DNA of 64,000 nt from Trichoplax adhaerens. Lineage: Eukaryota; Animalia; Placozoa. The stretch is taken from contig NW_002060944.1 of NCBI RefSeq assembly GCF_000150275.1, forward strand, positions 5,026,123 through 5,090,122, read 5' to 3'. The notes beneath the pieces were generated by a model, which searched no databases, was not told the DNA's origin, and saw only the letters and a list, made by a program, of their open reading frames with translations. A program made the position numbers and the translations under genes. Shown piece after piece: positions 61,263-64,000 of the stretch (positions are counted from its first letter, which is position 1; each line of letters starts with the position of its first letter).

Positions 61263-63640
61263 CTAGGAGCCGCCGAAATCATCATAAAGATTTTTTGCTT
61301 CTAATTTTCTTTTCTTACGAGCTTGCATATCTTCCTGCCTCATTAAAGCCTCATGACTAAAAATCTCTTCTTGGCTCTTTTCGGTATAAGTAGCTATTAA
61401 TCTTTCAAGGGCTGTAGCGTAAACAGTTTGTGAAGGTATTATAAAAGGAGATATCTGTAAAGAGATGTCAAGTATACCATCAATTTTCTTCAATAGTAAT
61501 CACGATATTATCTACATACAATTCGGGCGAACTGTACAGAAATATTTACATATATAAAACACGCCATGTGCATTAGCAGATAATCTACCTATTGGGTATA
61601 TTGCATAGTACTTACAATTAAGGTCGTTAGTAATTCCGGTAATGTTAATGGTTTCAAGATATCTGTAGGTTTGCTACAAGCTAGAGATTGTGCAACATCT
61701 GCTTCCATGGTTGCAACGGTACTATAACTCGATCTTAAAAAGTAAATAGCAGATTAGCATTATCATAATTCAAAAATGTAATCTAACCATACAGGTATAA
61801 CAATACTATTAAATGTATAAAATAAGTTTCATAATAATAGCGACTACATAATTAAGAGCATAGATGACGCGAATTTGGAATAAAATAACTTCTTTTCAAT
61901 CGCTGACGTGCCAGTGAATGTAGTAAAGCTAAACAATGGACATTTGATGACACATTACAAGACCAATATACTGCAGGCGATAACTAAAAAGTGGGATTTT
62001 ATCACGTCAACAGAGTTTCAATACACGCCTTTCAGACTAAGTTTAATTTTATCGGATATTATTTTTTTGATACAAACCTTGGAATTTTACCAATATTATT
62101 TCGTAGTAAGGGATTACCACTACTAGAGCCCATGTTATATTGAAAGCGGCCATCAGTCAGCGAATAAGATGTTCGCCGAGACAAACTTGCAGAAATGATA
62201 TTCTTTAAATGGTTCTATATATTCGTATGTAATAAATATGACCGTAGTTAATGCATGAACTTTGATAATATTGATAAGTTACGTAGAACTGGATCAACAT
62301 CATTAGATTCTGATCCATCATTACAAGAGCATAACTCACTTCAAGTGCTACCATCACACACTCAGCAATATCATCTGATATCGAATCTAAGCCATTCTCC
62401 CATGAAGTAACAGAAATTCTAAAATGCAAAGCTGCTAAATTTGGTAGCATATGAGTTCTGCTACATAGCCAGAGATCCCCTTCATTTACTTTATTCTTTG
62501 CCGCTAGTAAAATACATCGTTATTTGAATTAGGTAATGGACTTGGTATCATTGCAAAGGTAAGGTTTGTTTGTACCATATTACACACATTTAAAATAACA
62601 GCAATAGTATTAATTCAATAATAGTATCAAACTTTATGTATGTATTAGCGAAAAGGGATACAACCTCAGCAAAATAAGATACTACTTTTTCACTCTTTAC
62701 CTTGCTATATCGGTAATCCGAATAAAGAGGAGTGGAAGTTAATTCATATGAGTTAGTTGTCTGTTATTTAGTATTGAGGAAGACATAAGTATAAATGACT
62801 TACAGTATGATCCAAGGAAGTTGCATCCCGTAAGGCAGAAACAGGTTGGAAATGATTCTAGCAAAAAAATTTTTTGCTCATTAGGTCTATATCATTTACG
62901 AAAACTATGAAATACTTTTTTACTAATATAGTGCGTTAAATTTCATCGATCAATGCTTGCTCGATCATTACCGTAGAAACGAAAGTATCTTGATCAAAAG
63001 ACTCTGTGTCACTGATTTCCTCTTTTGGACATTCAGTACGGACTTCATTTTGGCTACTAGAGCGTTGCCTAGGCAAGGAGACTTTGGAATCTAACGATAA
63101 AATAAGATTGCACTTAATAAATTGTGCTGTTCGTTTGCTGAAATTCGTCATAGGAGAAGTTGTTTATCGATCAACCTACATTTTACAGTTCCAATCATTT
63201 GGCTTTTATAAAGTATAGCAAGGATAAATTCATTGTGTTTGTGTACTAGCAGAAAAAAAATATTAATTTCAAATGGTAGCATTGACTCTCTCTGTTATCG
63301 CCAATAGCAGCGAAACTGGACACGCATCTTGATCGATGCGTTTAAAGCATGGGGCTATCATGTACATTTTTCTCTCATCTTACCACATCTAGCACCAAGT
63401 AATTCCCGAGCCTTCATATCAAATTCGCTCTTTTTGATCTAATTATAAACAACGTATTGGTACAAGTGATTATCATATTGTCAAAAAGTAATTAAAGGCA
63501 AAATCTTGGATGATGATTATGCAATAGGCATACAGTATTCAACAGGACGCTAATGCCTAATATCATCATGACCACTGTTGGTAATTGTATTGATTTTACT
63601 CACCATTCCTTTAAACCACTGTTTTAAGTTACTCCAATAC
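61263..63640 (-). CDS. TADA1: SAGA subunit TADA1 (5'-partial; first exon probably beyond the window)
   Basis: YWSNLKQWFK, KSEFDMKARELL, HKHNEFILAIL, RISVTSWENGLDSISDD..VMVALE, IPSQTVYATALERLI. Confidence 0.85.
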
Positions 63641-64000
63641 CTGCCAATTAAGAATAGATCACAATGATGGCAATATAATACAACGGATTAAAGTTAGCAT
63701 CCAACTACGATACCTACAGTACTGTCAATGATCAATAGCAACGTTGACATTTTAAAGAAAGAAATGAAGAGCAATTGCATTGATATTTGTGTGAATTATA
63801 TTGCCAGCTAAGTTCAATTGAATAACGAGCTAAATTTACTGAGATACGACTTCATTTTGATCAGTGCATGCTCTATCGTAGGCTTTGTAGTAGTCTATCG
63901 CTTTAGACTGCTTTCGATCACTCAATTGACGTAGAGTAGGTGCTAATAGTGAACATTTTGGGCAGAATAAGATGCATCCGCAGACATAAGAAACCGACCC

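Overview
AT-rich, compact, intron-dense eukaryotic (early-branching metazoan) genomic DNA. Gene density, short introns and composition suggest a placozoan such as Trichoplax; this is inference, not verified. Spliced genes reconstructed by hand from GT-AG/AT-AC boundaries and protein motifs are, in order: two tail-to-tail carnitine O-acyltransferase paralogues; a decayed class C (mGluR/CaSR-like) GPCR pseudogene; a TTC28-like TPR+CHAT gene; classical dynamin; folliculin (FLCN); ARPC5; Munc18/STXBP1; RAPGEF1/C3G; and a 5'-truncated TADA1. Points of interest: (1) one acyltransferase copy has replaced several carnitine- and acyl-pocket residues while keeping its catalytic His; (2) two U12-type AT-AC introns (ARPC5, RAPGEF1); (3) dense GTAC/ACTGTACAGT motif clusters upstream of several genes; (4) a 4 x 192-bp tandem array; (5) a gene set matching the vertebrate 9q33-34/1q/19p13 (MHC) paralogon. 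I found no prokaryote-type system, CRISPR array or intact transposon. Exon coordinates are hand-derived and the 5' ends of some genes are uncertain.
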